NCBI GenBank assembly: GCA_043816785.1
Contig: JBDRHP010000020.1
Coordinates: 13,845-77,844 of the forward strand
Length of the DNA stretch: 64,000 nucleotides
Source: Candidatus Margulisiibacteriota bacterium
Lineage (GTDB): Bacteria; Margulisbacteria; WOR-1; O2-12-FULL-45-9
Direction: 5' to 3'
The notes under the pieces are model-generated. The model saw only the letters and a program-made list of their open reading frames with translations. It ran no database searches and was not told the DNA's origin. The position numbers and the translations under genes are program-made. Positions within the stretch are counted from its first letter, which is position 1. Every line of letters starts with the position of its first letter. Positions 20,180 to 31,404 of this stretch are shown here, piece by piece.

Positions 20180-21412
20180 CGCTTCTTCAATTCCAATGAC
20201 AATGTTCAAGGTCTGCTGAAAAGGAAATTCGGTCCAATTCTTTTCTTTCATGGAGTCTATCAGCCTTGTCAGATCTTGCTGAATTTCCTCCTGTTGGGAA
20301 CTATCCTTAAGCTGGTAATAGCCGTCCAAAGCCCCGGCCAAAACTCGACTAAACAATTCGGGGCGTTTCGAGGCCCGAAACAAGCGCTCAAAGACTGGGG
20401 AACTAAAAAGAGATCTGCGGTAGCGTCCGCCCAGAAAAAGCTGCAGGTCGCTGGCCCGGGAAAAGACCTCAAAAGGGTGCCGAGGAAGCAGCTGGTTCAT
20501 GATTTTGTCCGGCACCTGTTCTCCCCAATTATTGCCTATCACCGCAGCCCAAAAACCGTTCTCCGCCGCCTCAAAGTTAGAAAGCCCTTCCAGGTCAATA
20601 ATGTTGCCGTGGGGGTCAACATTGCCGGAGTGAAGTGTGGAAAAGAATGGCTCCTTCGGCTCCTTGGCGCTGGCAAAGGGATTGTGCAGGGTCCGGCCGG
20701 CTTTATGCATCCTTCTGAGCTGCTGGCCAAAGCGCTGGCCAGATTCGTATAAAAACGTTTCTAAAGGCAGTCCCTCTAGTTGGGCCAGGAGCTCATAGGT
20801 CTCTGGGCCAGAGTCCATCCTCATCCAAGAAAAATATCTTTCTCCTTCTTTGGAACCTCTTAATATTTGGGCGTATCCTTCGAGATCAGGGAAAAACTCA
20901 CCGAGTTCAGTCAGTTCGCTATCCACCCCTTGCAGAAGCTTGAGGCTGTCTGCCTCAACCATGGCTGGGACCGCGGCAAACAGCCCCTGGGGTTGGCCAG
21001 AATTGGGATTGAGTTTTGCTACATCAAATTCGTAAGGGGTTAGCCCTTTAAATTCCAGCAACCGGCCCTCTGGATCAAGCCAAAAGCGGGCGCGGTGGCT
21101 GCGGCTTTCTAAGACTAGAACTGGCATGAAGTGCTCTGCTTCTTTTTTCTCGAGCTGTTGGAATCTTCTTTCGCTAGTAATTAAGAAGTTCCTGCTAACA
21201 TCAAGATAGTTAATCGAGGGGGTTAATGCCTGTGGTCCCCTGCGGAAAAGAGCGGTTCTGGCAGGCACCAGCGCAGCATGCCTTAAATTTGGATCAGCTC
21301 CTGGGAACAAGTGGTCAAAAAACATTCCGTGGACATGCTCTATTCCTTTATTTAACTGTTGCCTTAGCCGACCCAGCCGATAGCCTGGTCCGCCTAAACG
21401 ATGTACCGTCAT
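20168..21412 (-). CDS. Hypothetical protein with a weak kinase-like (APH/ChoK-like) catalytic-loop resemblance.
   Basis: 414 aa with no clear family. The segment LHSGNVDPHGNIIDLEG loosely resembles the HGDxxxxN...IDxE motif of phosphotransferases. Confidence 0.3.
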   Translation of the reverse strand: MTVHRLGGPGYRLGRLRQQLNKGIEHVHGMFFDHLFPGADPNLRHAALVPARTALFRRGPQALTPSINYLDVSRNFLITSERRFQQLEKKEAEHFMPVLVLESRSHRARFWLDPEGRLLEFKGLTPYEFDVAKLNPNSGQPQGLFAAVPAMVEADSLKLLQGVDSELTELGEFFPDLEGYAQILRGSKEGERYFSWMRMDSGPETYELLAQLEGLPLETFLYESGQRFGQQLRRMHKAGRTLHNPFASAKEPKEPFFSTLHSGNVDPHGNIIDLEGLSNFEAAENGFWAAVIGNNWGEQVPDKIMNQLLPRHPFEVFSRASDLQLFLGGRYRRSLFSSPVFERLFRASKRPELFSRVLAGALDGYYQLKDSSQQEEIQQDLTRLIDSMKEKNWTEFPFQQTLNIVIGIEEALSF

Positions 21413-21480
21413 TTACTTAATCTCCCTACTATATATATCGTTGATACTTGCATAAAATTTCGGAAAATATATAATTAAGC

Positions 21481-21570
21481 TATGTTAAAAAGAACTCCGC
21501 TTTTTGATCAACACATAAAACAAGGCGCCAGAATGGTTCCCTTTGCCGGCTGGGAAATGCCGGTTTCTTA
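21481..21570 (+). pseudogene. Decayed duplicate of the gcvT 5' end (29 codons then a stop).
   Basis: Encodes [29 protein letters not shown] versus true gcv[33 protein letters not shown]; a 38-nt identical core (ggcgccagaatggttccctttgccggctgggaaatgcc) has diverged flanks. Confidence 0.7.
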
Positions 21571-21621
21571 GATGAAAAGGCTTGCAAAAAACTAAGGCAT
21601 AAGATTAGAATGAGAAGTTTA

Positions 21622-22275
21622 TTAAGAAGCTAGAGTCACTTCGTAAATAACACCTGTTTCATGCTGGCTGATGATGTTTGGCGGTGCTGGTATTTTAAAA
21701 TTGCTATCTACACAAACCATTAAAGTAAATTGATCGGTTTCCCTAAGCCCTCCTTCTGATGGAGCAACGCTCAGCTCTGTTGGATCTGTTGCCTCGCTGT
21801 ATCGACTACCAGTAAGCACTGTTTGACAGGTAAATGGCAAATGAAAGATTAAGCTTTCTCTTCCAGTCGGTTCTTTTCCCTCATTGATCATTTGGCTAAT
21901 GTTATGAAAAAGCACTTCGATAACAGCAACTGCTGGCAGTTGAAAACTAATGCCGTGTTCTAAAAGCGCAGTATTTAAAAATGCTTGCAATTGAAGGGCC
22001 TCTTTTAAACTTATCCGTTTTAGCATGCGAAATTCATCGGTTTGCTTGTTTCTTGTTAGCACCCGATCAACCAGTTTGTTTTCCCTTCTAAATTGCTTTA
22101 GAAAACGTCCTGTTAAACAAAACAAGGCTTTGTCCCGAGGCAAAACAACAGAATGAGGAGGGTTGGCTGTCTTTTTTCGCGAAATTGGACAGTCTCTCCC
22201 AATCGGCCCATATTTGCCGCGGTTAATAATCAAAAATCCGTTTAAATGTCTTATTTGCCTTAATCCGCGTGTCAT
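21622..22275 (-). CDS. Hypothetical protein of 217 aa, AT-rich, lying between the gcvT 5' pseudo-fragment and the intact gcvT.
   Basis: Intact ORF with no recognisable motif; local GC is lower than in the surrounding core genes. Confidence 0.4.
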   Translation of the reverse strand: MTRGLRQIRHLNGFLIINRGKYGPIGRDCPISRKKTANPPHSVVLPRDKALFCLTGRFLKQFRRENKLVDRVLTRNKQTDEFRMLKRISLKEALQLQAFLNTALLEHGISFQLPAVAVIEVLFHNISQMINEGKEPTGRESLIFHLPFTCQTVLTGSRYSEATDPTELSVAPSEGGLRETDQFTLMVCVDSNFKIPAPPNIISQHETGVIYEVTLAS

Positions 22276-22368
22276 AAATAGTCTCTCCTATTTAAATTTG
22301 TCCCCTTGTTTATCGTTAAGCCTTTTGAATAATTTCACTTTCTAAAGTGATTCGTATATAATAATTCT

Positions 22369-23433
22369 ATGCTTAAGAAAACGCCCTTAAATAGTCAACA
22401 CAAAAATCTTGGCGCCAGAATGGTTCCCTTTGCCGGCTGGGAAATGCCTGTTTCATATAAAGGCATTATTGAGGAACATAATGCCGTCAGGAATTCCGTT
22501 GGGATTTTTGACATTGGCCACATGGGCCTGATTAAGATCGAGGGCGAGGCTGCCCTGCCGCTTATCCAGAAAACAGCCACCAACGACGCGGCAAAACTTG
22601 CCATGAATGAAAGCCAGTATTCTATCCTCTGCAACGAAAGCGGCGGAACAGTGGACGACATTCTAGTTTACAGGCTGCCGATGGTTTACCTGGTCGTCTG
22701 CAACGCCAGCAATACTGAAAAGGTCCTGGCCTGGCTGCGGAAACAAATAAACGGTTTGAAGCACGTGTCGGTTTCCCTCTATGAAAACTACTGCATGCTC
22801 TCGATCCAGGGGCCAAAAGCAGCTGGCTTTGTGGAGAAGAGTTTAAACGTTGAGCTCTCCGGCTTAAAACGCAACCATGCGCTTTGGTGGCGAGATATTA
22901 TTGTCTCAAGAACCGGCTATACTGGCGAAGACGGGATTGAGCTGATCGTGGCAAAAAGTGAGGTGCCCAAAATCTGGCAAGCCTTGATTGCCGCCGGCGT
23001 TCAACCTTGCGGCTTGGGAGCTAGAGATACTTTGCGCCTCGAGGCCGGCTATCCCCTATACGGCCACGAGTACGACGACAAAACCTCGCCGCTTGAAGCC
23101 GGCTACGGCTGGGCAGTTAAATTTGATAAAGGGAGTTTCGTCGGCCAAAGAGCTTTGCTGGCTGAAAAAGAAGCCGGCCTTAAAAAGAAGTTGGTCGGAC
23201 TTGAGATTGATGGCCGGGCAATTGCTCGCGCAGGGGATTCGATATTAGATATTAGAAATTCGAAATTGGTTGGGAAAATAACCAGTGGGACCTTCTCGCC
23301 AACCCTCAAGAAACCCATTGCCCTGGCCTATCTGCCAACCGATCAAGCCGCGCCAGGCAATTCTGTCAATATTGAGATCCGCGGGAATAAAGTACCGGCA
23401 AAAGTTGTTGCTAAAACCTTCTACAAGAGATAA
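22369..23433 (+). CDS. gcvT: Glycine cleavage system T protein (aminomethyltransferase).
   Basis: [16 protein letters not shown] and GcvT-like sequence throughout. Confidence 0.9.
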   Translation: MLKKTPLNSQHKNLGARMVPFAGWEMPVSYKGIIEEHNAVRNSVGIFDIGHMGLIKIEGEAALPLIQKTATNDAAKLAMNESQYSILCNESGGTVDDILVYRLPMVYLVVCNASNTEKVLAWLRKQINGLKHVSVSLYENYCMLSIQGPKAAGFVEKSLNVELSGLKRNHALWWRDIIVSRTGYTGEDGIELIVAKSEVPKIWQALIAAGVQPCGLGARDTLRLEAGYPLYGHEYDDKTSPLEAGYGWAVKFDKGSFVGQRALLAEKEAGLKKKLVGLEIDGRAIARAGDSILDIRNSKLVGKITSGTFSPTLKKPIALAYLPTDQAAPGNSVNIEIRGNKVPAKVVAKTFYKR

Positions 23434-23453
23434 AATATCCCTGGAGGTGCAGA

Positions 23454-23777
23454 ATGTCTTTAAATAACCTGGATCTAAAAAAACTTTATTATTATGTGAT
23501 TTGCGTCATGGCCTTCTTTGTCCTGATGTGGGGGGTGGTTGACCTGACCAGTTCTTCGATCGGCATCTTTAATTTGAGGTCAGCAACGCCCAGCCTCAGC
23601 CTGCCGGCTGAAGAGCAACAAATCGTTCCGGAAAAAGGGGACCAGTTCTTTGACACATATTATCAAAGCAAGATGCTTAATGATCGCTTTTGGGACAGCC
23701 TGGCCCGGATCCTTATTTCGGGCTTAATTTTTGCTTACTGCCGCTTTACGGTTAATAAATTGGAGAAGTTGTCGTGA
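23454..23777 (+). CDS. Small two-TM membrane protein inserted between gcvT and gcvH.
   Basis: Two hydrophobic helices; 4-nt overlap with the gcvH start. Confidence 0.45.
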   Translation: MSLNNLDLKKLYYYVICVMAFFVLMWGVVDLTSSSIGIFNLRSATPSLSLPAEEQQIVPEKGDQFFDTYYQSKMLNDRFWDSLARILISGLIFAYCRFTVNKLEKLS

Positions 23778-24163
23778 GCGAGTTGCTTTTTCCCGCGGAT
23801 TTAAAATACAGCAAAGACCATGAGTGGGCCAGGGTCAACGGCAAGATCGCCACGATCGGCATAACTGCTTTTGCTCAGGATCAGCTGGGCGACATTGTCT
23901 ATGTTGAGCTCCCGCCCTTTAATAAAGAGTTTAAAGCCACGGCAGAGTTTGGCGTGGCCGAGTCAGTGAAATCTGTTTCCTCGTTGTTTTCTCCTGTTTC
24001 CGGCAAGATAATCGAGGTAAATGCTGAGCTAGAAAAATCGCCCCAGCTGGTTAACCAGGATGCTTATGGCAAGGGCTGGATGATCAAGCTTGAGTTGAGC
24101 AATCCTGCTGAACTGGATGCCCTGATGTCTGCCGAAGAATATAAAAACTCGTTCAAAGACTAA
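23774..24163 (+). CDS. gcvH: Glycine cleavage system H protein.
   Basis: Lipoyl domain with the conserved Lys in ESVKSVS. Confidence 0.9.
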   Translation: MSELLFPADLKYSKDHEWARVNGKIATIGITAFAQDQLGDIVYVELPPFNKEFKATAEFGVAESVKSVSSLFSPVSGKIIEVNAELEKSPQLVNQDAYGKGWMIKLELSNPAELDALMSAEEYKNSFKD

Positions 24164-24169
24164 GAACAC

Positions 24170-25441
24170 ATGCGCTACATTCCTCACACGGCAAAAGACC
24201 AAAAGGACTTGCTGGCTACAATTGGCCAGCCATCATTGACCGCTCTTTTTACTGATATTCCTGCCAAAGCAAAACCCAAAAAAGAACTCGACCTGCCAAA
24301 GCCCTTGTCAGAGCCAGAATTGCTGGAAGAGCTGCGTGCCCTGTCCTCTTCCTCCTCCTGCGCCTCTTCCTTTCTGGGGGGCGGTTCATACAAGCACTTT
24401 GTCCCCAGCGTGATTAAACACATTATCAGCCGATCAGAATTTTATACAGCTTATACCCCTTACCAGGCTGAGGTTAGCCAAGGGATCCTTCAGGCGATTT
24501 ATGAATACCAAACCATGATCTGTGAGTTAACCGGGATGGACGCGGCCAACGCCTCGATGTATGACGGCGCAACCGCAATGGCTGAGGCAGCTTTCTTAGC
24601 TTGCCGCACAACCAGGCGTCAGGAAATTCTAGTCTCGTCAGCTGTACAGCCCGACTATAGGAAAGTCTTAAAAACTTATGCTAACGGCGCCGACCTAAGG
24701 GTGGCCGAACTTCCTTATGATAAGAAAACCGGCCTAACCCCTAATCCCTACCCCCTAACCCCTAACACCGCCTGCGTCATTCTCCAACAGCCTAATTTCT
24801 TCGGCTGCATTGAAGAAGTTAAAAATCTGGCTGACGAAATACATTCAAAAGGCGCCCTGTTTATTGCAAGCGCGGATCCAATTTCTCTGGGTCTTCTCAA
24901 GGCTCCTGGAGACTACGGCGCTGACATTGTGGTTGGCGAAGGGCAATCATTGGGCAATCCTCAATCCTTTGGTGGCCCAGGCCTGGGGATCTTTGCGGTC
25001 AAGAAAAGCTTGGTACGCCAAATCCCTGGCCGCGTCGTTGGCCAGACTGTAGATGCGGAGGGGAAAAGGGGCTTTTGTTTAACTTTACAGACCAGAGAGC
25101 AACACATCCGTCGAGAACGGGCCGCTTCAAACATTTGCAGCAATGAAGCATTGGCCGCTCTTGCGGCAACTGTTTATTTGTCGGTCGTGGGTAAACAAGG
25201 TTTACGAAAGGTTGCTGAACTTTGTTTGCAAAAAGCGAATTATTTGAAAAAGAAGTTGGGGAAAAGGGTTGTTTTTTCTGCGCCAGGCTTTAAGGAACTC
25301 GTGATAAAAACAAATAAACCTGTTGGGCTAGACCTGAGCCAACATTATCCTGAACTAAAAGGCTGCCGCTTGATCTGCGTAACCGAGTTGGTAAATAAAG
25401 CAGCTCTGGACACCCTGGCAAAAACTCTTTTGAAATCTTAG
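24170..25441 (+). CDS. gcvPA: Glycine dehydrogenase (decarboxylating) subunit 1.
   Basis: GcvPA-like N-terminus and PLP-fold sequence; no gcvPB follows. Confidence 0.85.
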   Translation: MRYIPHTAKDQKDLLATIGQPSLTALFTDIPAKAKPKKELDLPKPLSEPELLEELRALSSSSSCASSFLGGGSYKHFVPSVIKHIISRSEFYTAYTPYQAEVSQGILQAIYEYQTMICELTGMDAANASMYDGATAMAEAAFLACRTTRRQEILVSSAVQPDYRKVLKTYANGADLRVAELPYDKKTGLTPNPYPLTPNTACVILQQPNFFGCIEEVKNLADEIHSKGALFIASADPISLGLLKAPGDYGADIVVGEGQSLGNPQSFGGPGLGIFAVKKSLVRQIPGRVVGQTVDAEGKRGFCLTLQTREQHIRRERAASNICSNEALAALAATVYLSVVGKQGLRKVAELCLQKANYLKKKLGKRVVFSAPGFKELVIKTNKPVGLDLSQHYPELKGCRLICVTELVNKAALDTLAKTLLKS

Positions 25442-25447
25442 GGGCGC

Positions 25448-27973
25448 CTATTTTTTGGTTTTCTGCTCGAGCTTGCCAATGGCTTCTTCCACTTCTTCTT
25501 CCTTGACCACCCGAGCAAGATCAACCAAATAATCGTCCTTATCAAGGCGAACCAGCCTAACTCCTTTGGCATAGCGGCCTTGTGTGGAAATCCCCTTTGC
25601 CTCCTGACGCATCATTGTCCCCTTGCCAGTGACAAACAAGAGCTCGTCGTCTTTGTGCATAAACATCATCTTGGCTACTTCGTCGCCCTTGCGCAGCTTA
25701 ATTGCTATGTGTCCTTTGCCTCCACGGCTCTGTGCGCCAAACTCTTTGATGGCCATGCGTTTGCCATAGCCATCGGCAGAAACCGCCAGGAGATCCTGCC
25801 CAGTTTCAACAATATCCATACAGACAACTTTGTCATCCTTGCGCAGCCGAATGCCGCGAACTCCGGAAGCAGCCCGGCCCATAGGCCGGACATGTTGTTC
25901 GCTGAAACGGATCATTAGGCCGCCGGCGGAACACAGGATGATCTCCTGTTTGCCACTGGTCATGCGTACCCAGCGCAATTCATCCGCGTCCTTTAATTTG
26001 ATCGCGATGATCCCGGTGCGCCGGATGTTCGCAAAGTCTTCTAAAGAAACCTTTTTGATCATGCCGTTCTTCGTGGCCATGGCTAGCGCAGATTCCTTTG
26101 TAAATTCCTTGACCGCGACCGCGGCAGTGACAACTTCTCCCATGGCCAGTTCCAGGAAGTTGGCAATTGACTGGCCCTTGCCCGCACGGGAGGTTTCTGG
26201 CAGCTCATAAGCCTTAACTTTGTATACCCTGCCCTTGTTGGTAAAAAAGAGCAGGAAGTTAAGGGTCGAGCAAGTAAAGATTTTGTCGATCTCGTCCTCG
26301 CCCCGCGTTGACATGCCAGCCACGCCCCGTCCCCCGCGTTTTTGCGAGCTGAACGCGCTGATCGGCAGGCGTTTGACATAGCCGTCACGAGTGATCAGAA
26401 CTGCTACCTCGGCTTCTTCGATCAAAGATTCTTCCTCGATCTCCTCAGCCTCACCGGTTATGTTGGTCTGCCGTACACCTTTAAATTTCTGGCCTACTTC
26501 AACCAGCTCTTTTCCCACCACGCCCAAAATATTTTTGCGGTTGCTCAGGATGCCCTTAAGTTCCGCTATCGTTTTCTTGAGCGTCTTATAATCTTCCTCG
26601 ATCTTGTGGGTTTCCAGCTGGGTCAGTTTCTGCAGCCGCATGTCCAGGATCGCCTGGGCTTGTATCTGGGACAGCTTGTATTTCTTCATTAAGCCAGTGC
26701 GGGCTTCGTCAACGGACTTGGACTTCTTGATCAGCTTGACCACGCCGTCAATATCTTGGAGCGCGATCAATAAGCCTTCTAACAAATGCGCTTGTTCTTC
26801 CGCCTTGCGTAAATCAAACTTTGTCCGTCGGGTAACAACTTCTTCACGGTGCTTAACATACTGTTCCAGGATTTGCTTCAGATTAAGCAACAGGGGGGTG
26901 CCGTCAACCAGGGCCACCATGTTAATGCCAAAAGTGGTCTGGAGCTCAGTGCGCTTATAAAGCTGGTTAACCACGATCTCGGCATTAGAGTCGCGCTTAC
27001 ATTCTATGTAAATGCGCATGCCTGTGCGGTCGGACTCATCGCGCAGATCAGATATGCCTTTGATCTTTTTGTCCTTGACCTGCTCAGCTATGTTCTCGAT
27101 CAGGGTCGCCTTATTGACCTGATACGGCAGCTCTGTGACGATAATGGCTTGTTTGCCGCCCTTGACCTCTTCGACCTCGACCTTGGCGCGCAGGGTGATA
27201 ATGCCGCGGCCCGTTTCCTGCGCTTTTTTAATCCCGGCCCTGCCGCAAATATAGGCGCCGGTGGGAAAATCAGGGCCCTTGATTATTTTTCCCAGCTCAG
27301 CAATGGAAATATCAGGGTTGGCGATCAAGGCGGTCGTTCCAGCAACAATTTCATCAAGATTGTGCGGCGGGATATTGGTCGCCATGCCGACCGCGATGCC
27401 GCTTGAGCCGTTGATCAATAAGTTAGGGAGGCGAGCCGGCAGGACCAGGGGTTCTTTCAATGATTCATCGAAGTTAGGCCCAAAGTCCACGGTCTCTTTT
27501 TCAATATCAGCCAATAGTTCGACCGCGTGCTTATGCAGTCTAACTTCTGTGTAGCGCATGGCTGCGGCGGAATCGCCGTCAACGCTGCCAAAGTTACCCT
27601 GGCCGTCGACCAGCATGTAGCGCAAAGAAAAGTCCTGGGCCATACGCACCATTGAGTCATAAACCGCTGTGTCGCCGTGCGGATGGTATTTACCTAAGAC
27701 TTCACCAACAACGCGGGCTGATTTTTTGTAGGGTTTGCCAGGCTGCATGCCCAGTTCGTCCATGGCAAAAAGAATGCGTCGGTGGACCGGCTTTAAGCCG
27801 TCGCGCACGTCGGGCAGTGCGCGGCCAACGATAACGCTCATCGAGTAATCGATGTACGACGTCTTCATTTCATTCTCCAGCATTACTGGAAGAATTTTAC
27901 TCTCGTCTTGTTTTGGCACGCTCTTGCCGCGGGTCTTTTTAGCCTCTTTTTCCGCTTCGTTCTTTTTCGCCAT
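25448..27973 (-). CDS. gyrA: DNA gyrase subunit A.
   Basis: 841 aa with the active-site region AMRYTE and C-terminal beta-pinwheel repeats. Confidence 0.95.
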   Translation of the reverse strand: MAKKNEAEKEAKKTRGKSVPKQDESKILPVMLENEMKTSYIDYSMSVIVGRALPDVRDGLKPVHRRILFAMDELGMQPGKPYKKSARVVGEVLGKYHPHGDTAVYDSMVRMAQDFSLRYMLVDGQGNFGSVDGDSAAAMRYTEVRLHKHAVELLADIEKETVDFGPNFDESLKEPLVLPARLPNLLINGSSGIAVGMATNIPPHNLDEIVAGTTALIANPDISIAELGKIIKGPDFPTGAYICGRAGIKKAQETGRGIITLRAKVEVEEVKGGKQAIIVTELPYQVNKATLIENIAEQVKDKKIKGISDLRDESDRTGMRIYIECKRDSNAEIVVNQLYKRTELQTTFGINMVALVDGTPLLLNLKQILEQYVKHREEVVTRRTKFDLRKAEEQAHLLEGLLIALQDIDGVVKLIKKSKSVDEARTGLMKKYKLSQIQAQAILDMRLQKLTQLETHKIEEDYKTLKKTIAELKGILSNRKNILGVVGKELVEVGQKFKGVRQTNITGEAEEIEEESLIEEAEVAVLITRDGYVKRLPISAFSSQKRGGRGVAGMSTRGEDEIDKIFTCSTLNFLLFFTNKGRVYKVKAYELPETSRAGKGQSIANFLELAMGEVVTAAVAVKEFTKESALAMATKNGMIKKVSLEDFANIRRTGIIAIKLKDADELRWVRMTSGKQEIILCSAGGLMIRFSEQHVRPMGRAASGVRGIRLRKDDKVVCMDIVETGQDLLAVSADGYGKRMAIKEFGAQSRGGKGHIAIKLRKGDEVAKMMFMHKDDELLFVTGKGTMMRQEAKGISTQGRYAKGVRLVRLDKDDYLVDLARVVKEEEVEEAIGKLEQKTKK

Positions 27974-27996
27974 TGGCTTATCCCCTTCCTATAGGT

Positions 27997-29967
27997 CTAG
28001 ACGTCAAGCCGCTTGACCAGCTTGGCGTTCTCTTGAATGAATTGCCGTCTGGGCTCAACATCAGAGCCCATCAGGACCTTGAATATTTCATCCGCTTCCT
28101 CCGCGTCTTCCAGCTCAACGCGCAACAAGGTCCGGGTCTCCGGGTTCATGGTGGTGTCCCAGAGCTGTTCCGGGTTCATCTCGCCCAAACCTTTATAGCG
28201 CTGGACGTGCGCGCCGTCCTTGCCGAGCTTTTTTAAGATCTTTTCCTGTTCCTTGTCGCTATAAGCATATTCCTCTGCCTTGCCCTTCTTGATCAAATAA
28301 AGCGGCGGGTGAGCAATATAGATCTTGCCGCTCTCGATCAAGCGCCGGGCGTAGCGGAAGAAAAATGTCAGCAATAGCGTCCTGATGTGCGCGCCATCCA
28401 CGTCCGCGTCGGTCATGATCACGACCTTATGATAGTTAAGTTTCTTGAAAAATTCCTCGTCAGAGATCTCGTCGCCTTTACCGTTGCCGCCCAAGCCGGA
28501 TATAACTCCTGGCCCAATGGCGGTGATCATGATGCGGATCTCGTTGGAGGCCAGGATCTTGTCGATCCGGGCTTTTTCAACGTTGAGGATCTTGCCGCGC
28601 AAAGGCAGAATAGCCTGAAAGCGCCGGTCCCTGCCCTGCTTGGCTGACCCGCCTGCGGAGTCGCCCTCGACCAGGAACAACTCACATTTTTCTGCGTTAC
28701 TTTCGGAACAGTCAGCTAATTTGCCGGGCAACAATGCCGTATCGAGCGCTGATTTCTTTCTTTCCAGGTCTTGGGCTTTTCTGGCTGCCGCGCGCACGCG
28801 ATAGGCCATTAGGGCCCGTTCAATTATTGCCTTGGCCGCTGCCGGGTTCTTGTCCAAATAAACATTTACATTGTCCGTAACGATCGAGTCAACAATGCCT
28901 TTAACCTCGCCGTTGCCCAGCTTGGTCTTGGTCTGACCTTCGAACTGCGGATTGGGCACGCGGGTGTTAAGCACCGCGGTCAAGCCTTCGCGCACATCGT
29001 CGCCGGACAGCCCTTCGTCCTCCTTGGCCAGGTTGTTCTTGCGCGCGTAATTGTTGATCGCTTTGGTCAGGGCCGACTTAAAGCCAACCTCATGCGTTCC
29101 GCCCTCTTTCGTTTTAATGCAATTAACAAAAGAAAAAATGTTCTCGTCATAATAATCCTTGCAGTGCTGCAGAGCGACCTCAACATAAACATCGTCCTTT
29201 TCAGCGAAAAAGAACATTGGCGGCTTATAGAGCGGCTCCTTTTTCTCGTTAAGGTGTTCAACATATTCAACTACCCCGCCCTCATATTGATAGGTCTCGG
29301 TGCTCTTACTCTTGTCCTTTTCCCGCTCATCAGCAAAGACAATCTTGACGCCTTTATTCAAAAAGGCCAGCTCGCGCAGGCGGTGGGCTACGGTCTTACG
29401 GTCAAAGTCCGTCTCGGTAAATATTTCCGGATCAGGCTTAAACGTTATGGTCGTGCCGGTCGCGTTCTTGTCCTTGGCCGCAACGATGTTCTCTTTTTTT
29501 GGTTTGCCGCGATCAAAATGCTGGTTGTATTGCTTTCCCTCGCGCACGATCTCTGCTTCCATCCATTCAGACAGAGCGTTAACACAGGAAACGCCGACCC
29601 CGTGCAAGCCGCCAGAAACCTTATAGGCCGAGTCGCCGAACTTGCCACCAGCGTGCAACGTAGTTAAAACAACTTCGGCCGCGGGCCGCTTGGTCTGGGG
29701 ATGTTTATCAAAGGGTATGCCGCGGCCATTATCTATGACCGTGACGCAGTTTTTCTTGTCTATGATAACCTCAATGCTGTCACAATGACCAGCCAGGGCC
29801 TCGTCAATGCTATTATCAACAACTTCGTAGATTAAGTGATGCAGCCCAGATTTGCCGGTCGAGCCAATATACATGGCCGGCCGTTTCCGGACCGCTTCAA
29901 TGCCGCCCAGAATTTTTATTTTTGACGCATCATATGACGCTGCTTGATTGTTCGCTGTCTTAGCCAT
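27997..29967 (-). CDS. gyrB: DNA gyrase subunit B.
   Basis: GHKL ATPase and TOPRIM motifs ([19 protein letters not shown]). Confidence 0.95.
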   Translation of the reverse strand: MAKTANNQAASYDASKIKILGGIEAVRKRPAMYIGSTGKSGLHHLIYEVVDNSIDEALAGHCDSIEVIIDKKNCVTVIDNGRGIPFDKHPQTKRPAAEVVLTTLHAGGKFGDSAYKVSGGLHGVGVSCVNALSEWMEAEIVREGKQYNQHFDRGKPKKENIVAAKDKNATGTTITFKPDPEIFTETDFDRKTVAHRLRELAFLNKGVKIVFADEREKDKSKSTETYQYEGGVVEYVEHLNEKKEPLYKPPMFFFAEKDDVYVEVALQHCKDYYDENIFSFVNCIKTKEGGTHEVGFKSALTKAINNYARKNNLAKEDEGLSGDDVREGLTAVLNTRVPNPQFEGQTKTKLGNGEVKGIVDSIVTDNVNVYLDKNPAAAKAIIERALMAYRVRAAARKAQDLERKKSALDTALLPGKLADCSESNAEKCELFLVEGDSAGGSAKQGRDRRFQAILPLRGKILNVEKARIDKILASNEIRIMITAIGPGVISGLGGNGKGDEISDEEFFKKLNYHKVVIMTDADVDGAHIRTLLLTFFFRYARRLIESGKIYIAHPPLYLIKKGKAEEYAYSDKEQEKILKKLGKDGAHVQRYKGLGEMNPEQLWDTTMNPETRTLLRVELEDAEEADEIFKVLMGSDVEPRRQFIQENAKLVKRLDV

Positions 29968-30250
29968 TCTGCCCTCCCGACTTGAATTTGATGTCTTTGA
30001 TCGCCTCTTTGCCGGCTTGATCGTTAAACTTGCTGATTATCTCACCCTTTAAAAATGTAAGCTCTTGGGCCCAGGCCGGCGATGAGGTAGAAACATACAA
30101 TATCTGATTGCGGATCTTGATCGCCTCTGTCTGCTTGCCGATCCTTTCGTCAACAACTTGTTCCCATAATGACAGCAAGCCGCAAAGCTTAACTGTGTGC
30201 GCAAAGCCGACATCCATGCCTTCGAGGATCTCCCCCAGCCTACTACCCAT
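29960..30250 (-). CDS. DUF721 (DciA-like) protein.
   Basis: 96 aa in the conserved position between dnaN and gyrB; by gene context this is the DUF721 family. Confidence 0.6.
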   Translation of the reverse strand: MGSRLGEILEGMDVGFAHTVKLCGLLSLWEQVVDERIGKQTEAIKIRNQILYVSTSSPAWAQELTFLKGEIISKFNDQAGKEAIKDIKFKSGGQNG

Positions 30251-31404
30251 CAGGCCCCCTCTTGTGTCCTGATTGGCATAACAATGTAAACATAGTCTCT
30301 AACGCCGTCTTCTTTAATCATGCCTGGGCCTAAGTTTTCGCTCATCTCCAGCACAACATTGTCCGTCTCTAGTGCTTTCAAGACGTCGGTAATTAAACGA
30401 ATATTAAAGGCGATTTGTGTTTTGGCTTCACCCTGAACCTCGGCCTCGATCACTTCGTCAACCGTGCCAACATCCGGCGTGCTGGCAAAGAGACGGAGCT
30501 GGCCGCTCTTCGTTTCAAAACGCACTATGTTGGCTGAGCCAGCCGCAATAACAGATGTGCGATCGGCTGCCTCAAGAAAAGCCTTTCTTTTAGTTATGAT
30601 CTTGCTAGAACTCTTCTTTGGTAAAACCTGCTTGAAGTCGGGAAACTGTCCCTGGATAATTCGGGAAACCAATAAAACATCATTATATCTAAAGGCTATT
30701 TGATCAGAAGAAAAAGTAATTCTTAGCTCACTATCATCTTTAGCTATTTCAATTATCCTGGATAGCTCCTGCAGTGCTTTGCTCGGCACAATCACCTTTC
30801 CCTTCACATCATCTTTTAATTTAATTTTCTCTGCTCTTTTGGCTAAACGATAACCGTCGGTTGAGATCATTCTGAAATTTGAGCTATCGCCACTAGTTGA
30901 ACTCTTACCAAAATCAAGCAACACCCCAGTTAAGACATATTTATCCTCACTGGAAGAAACCGCAAATATAGTCTGGCGGATCATGGAAACGAAAATTTCC
31001 CCGCTGATGGTTAAAGACTTACCATCCTTAACTTTTGGCAAAACAGGAAATTCGTCAGGAGGCAAGGTATGAACGTTGAATTGGGATTTAGCATAAGAAA
31101 TGCGAATGGTCCCCTTCTCGGTTAATTTAAAAGAAACATTTCCTTCGGGTAGTCTAGAAACAATCCCGGTTAAGGTTTTTGCCGGCACAAGCACAGAGCC
31201 CTCCTTAATAACTTTGGCCTTAACCCCCAGCTCGACCCCCATTTCCAGATTATTGGCTGATATCTTTAAGCCATTTTTATCAGCATCAAATAGTATATAG
31301 CCAATGATCGGCAGCGTGCTTCTGGTGGTAACAATTTTTTCCACCGCGGAAACGCCGGTTTGCAGATCTTTTTTTTCACAGGTAAATTCCATACTTTCCT
31401 TCAC
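30250..31404 (-). CDS. dnaN: DNA polymerase III beta sliding clamp.
   Basis: Three-domain clamp sequence; the true start may be MEFTCEKK. Confidence 0.9.
   Translation of the reverse strand: MKESMEFTCEKKDLQTGVSAVEKIVTTRSTLPIIGYILFDADKNGLKISANNLEMGVELGVKAKVIKEGSVLVPAKTLTGIVSRLPEGNVSFKLTEKGTIRISYAKSQFNVHTLPPDEFPVLPKVKDGKSLTISGEIFVSMIRQTIFAVSSSEDKYVLTGVLLDFGKSSTSGDSSNFRMISTDGYRLAKRAEKIKLKDDVKGKVIVPSKALQELSRIIEIAKDDSELRITFSSDQIAFRYNDVLLVSRIIQGQFPDFKQVLPKKSSSKIITKRKAFLEAADRTSVIAAGSANIVRFETKSGQLRLFASTPDVGTVDEVIEAEVQGEAKTQIAFNIRLITDVLKALETDNVVLEMSENLGPGMIKEDGVRDYVYIVMPIRTQEGA

Noticed and set aside
21481-21570. The 29-codon gcvT-like ORF as a functional small gene.
   Set aside because: It is a truncated and diverged copy of the gcvT N-terminus ending in a stop, so it is more parsimoniously a remnant.
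22276-22368. Possible glycine riboswitch upstream of gcvT.
   Set aside because: No GGAGAG...CTCTGGAGAG-type conserved riboswitch cores could be found in the leader or in 21413-21620.
25580-27834. Several 60-185 aa ORFs on the plus strand.
   Set aside because: They are antisense to gyrA. Such shadow ORFs are typical of GC-balanced coding sequence.
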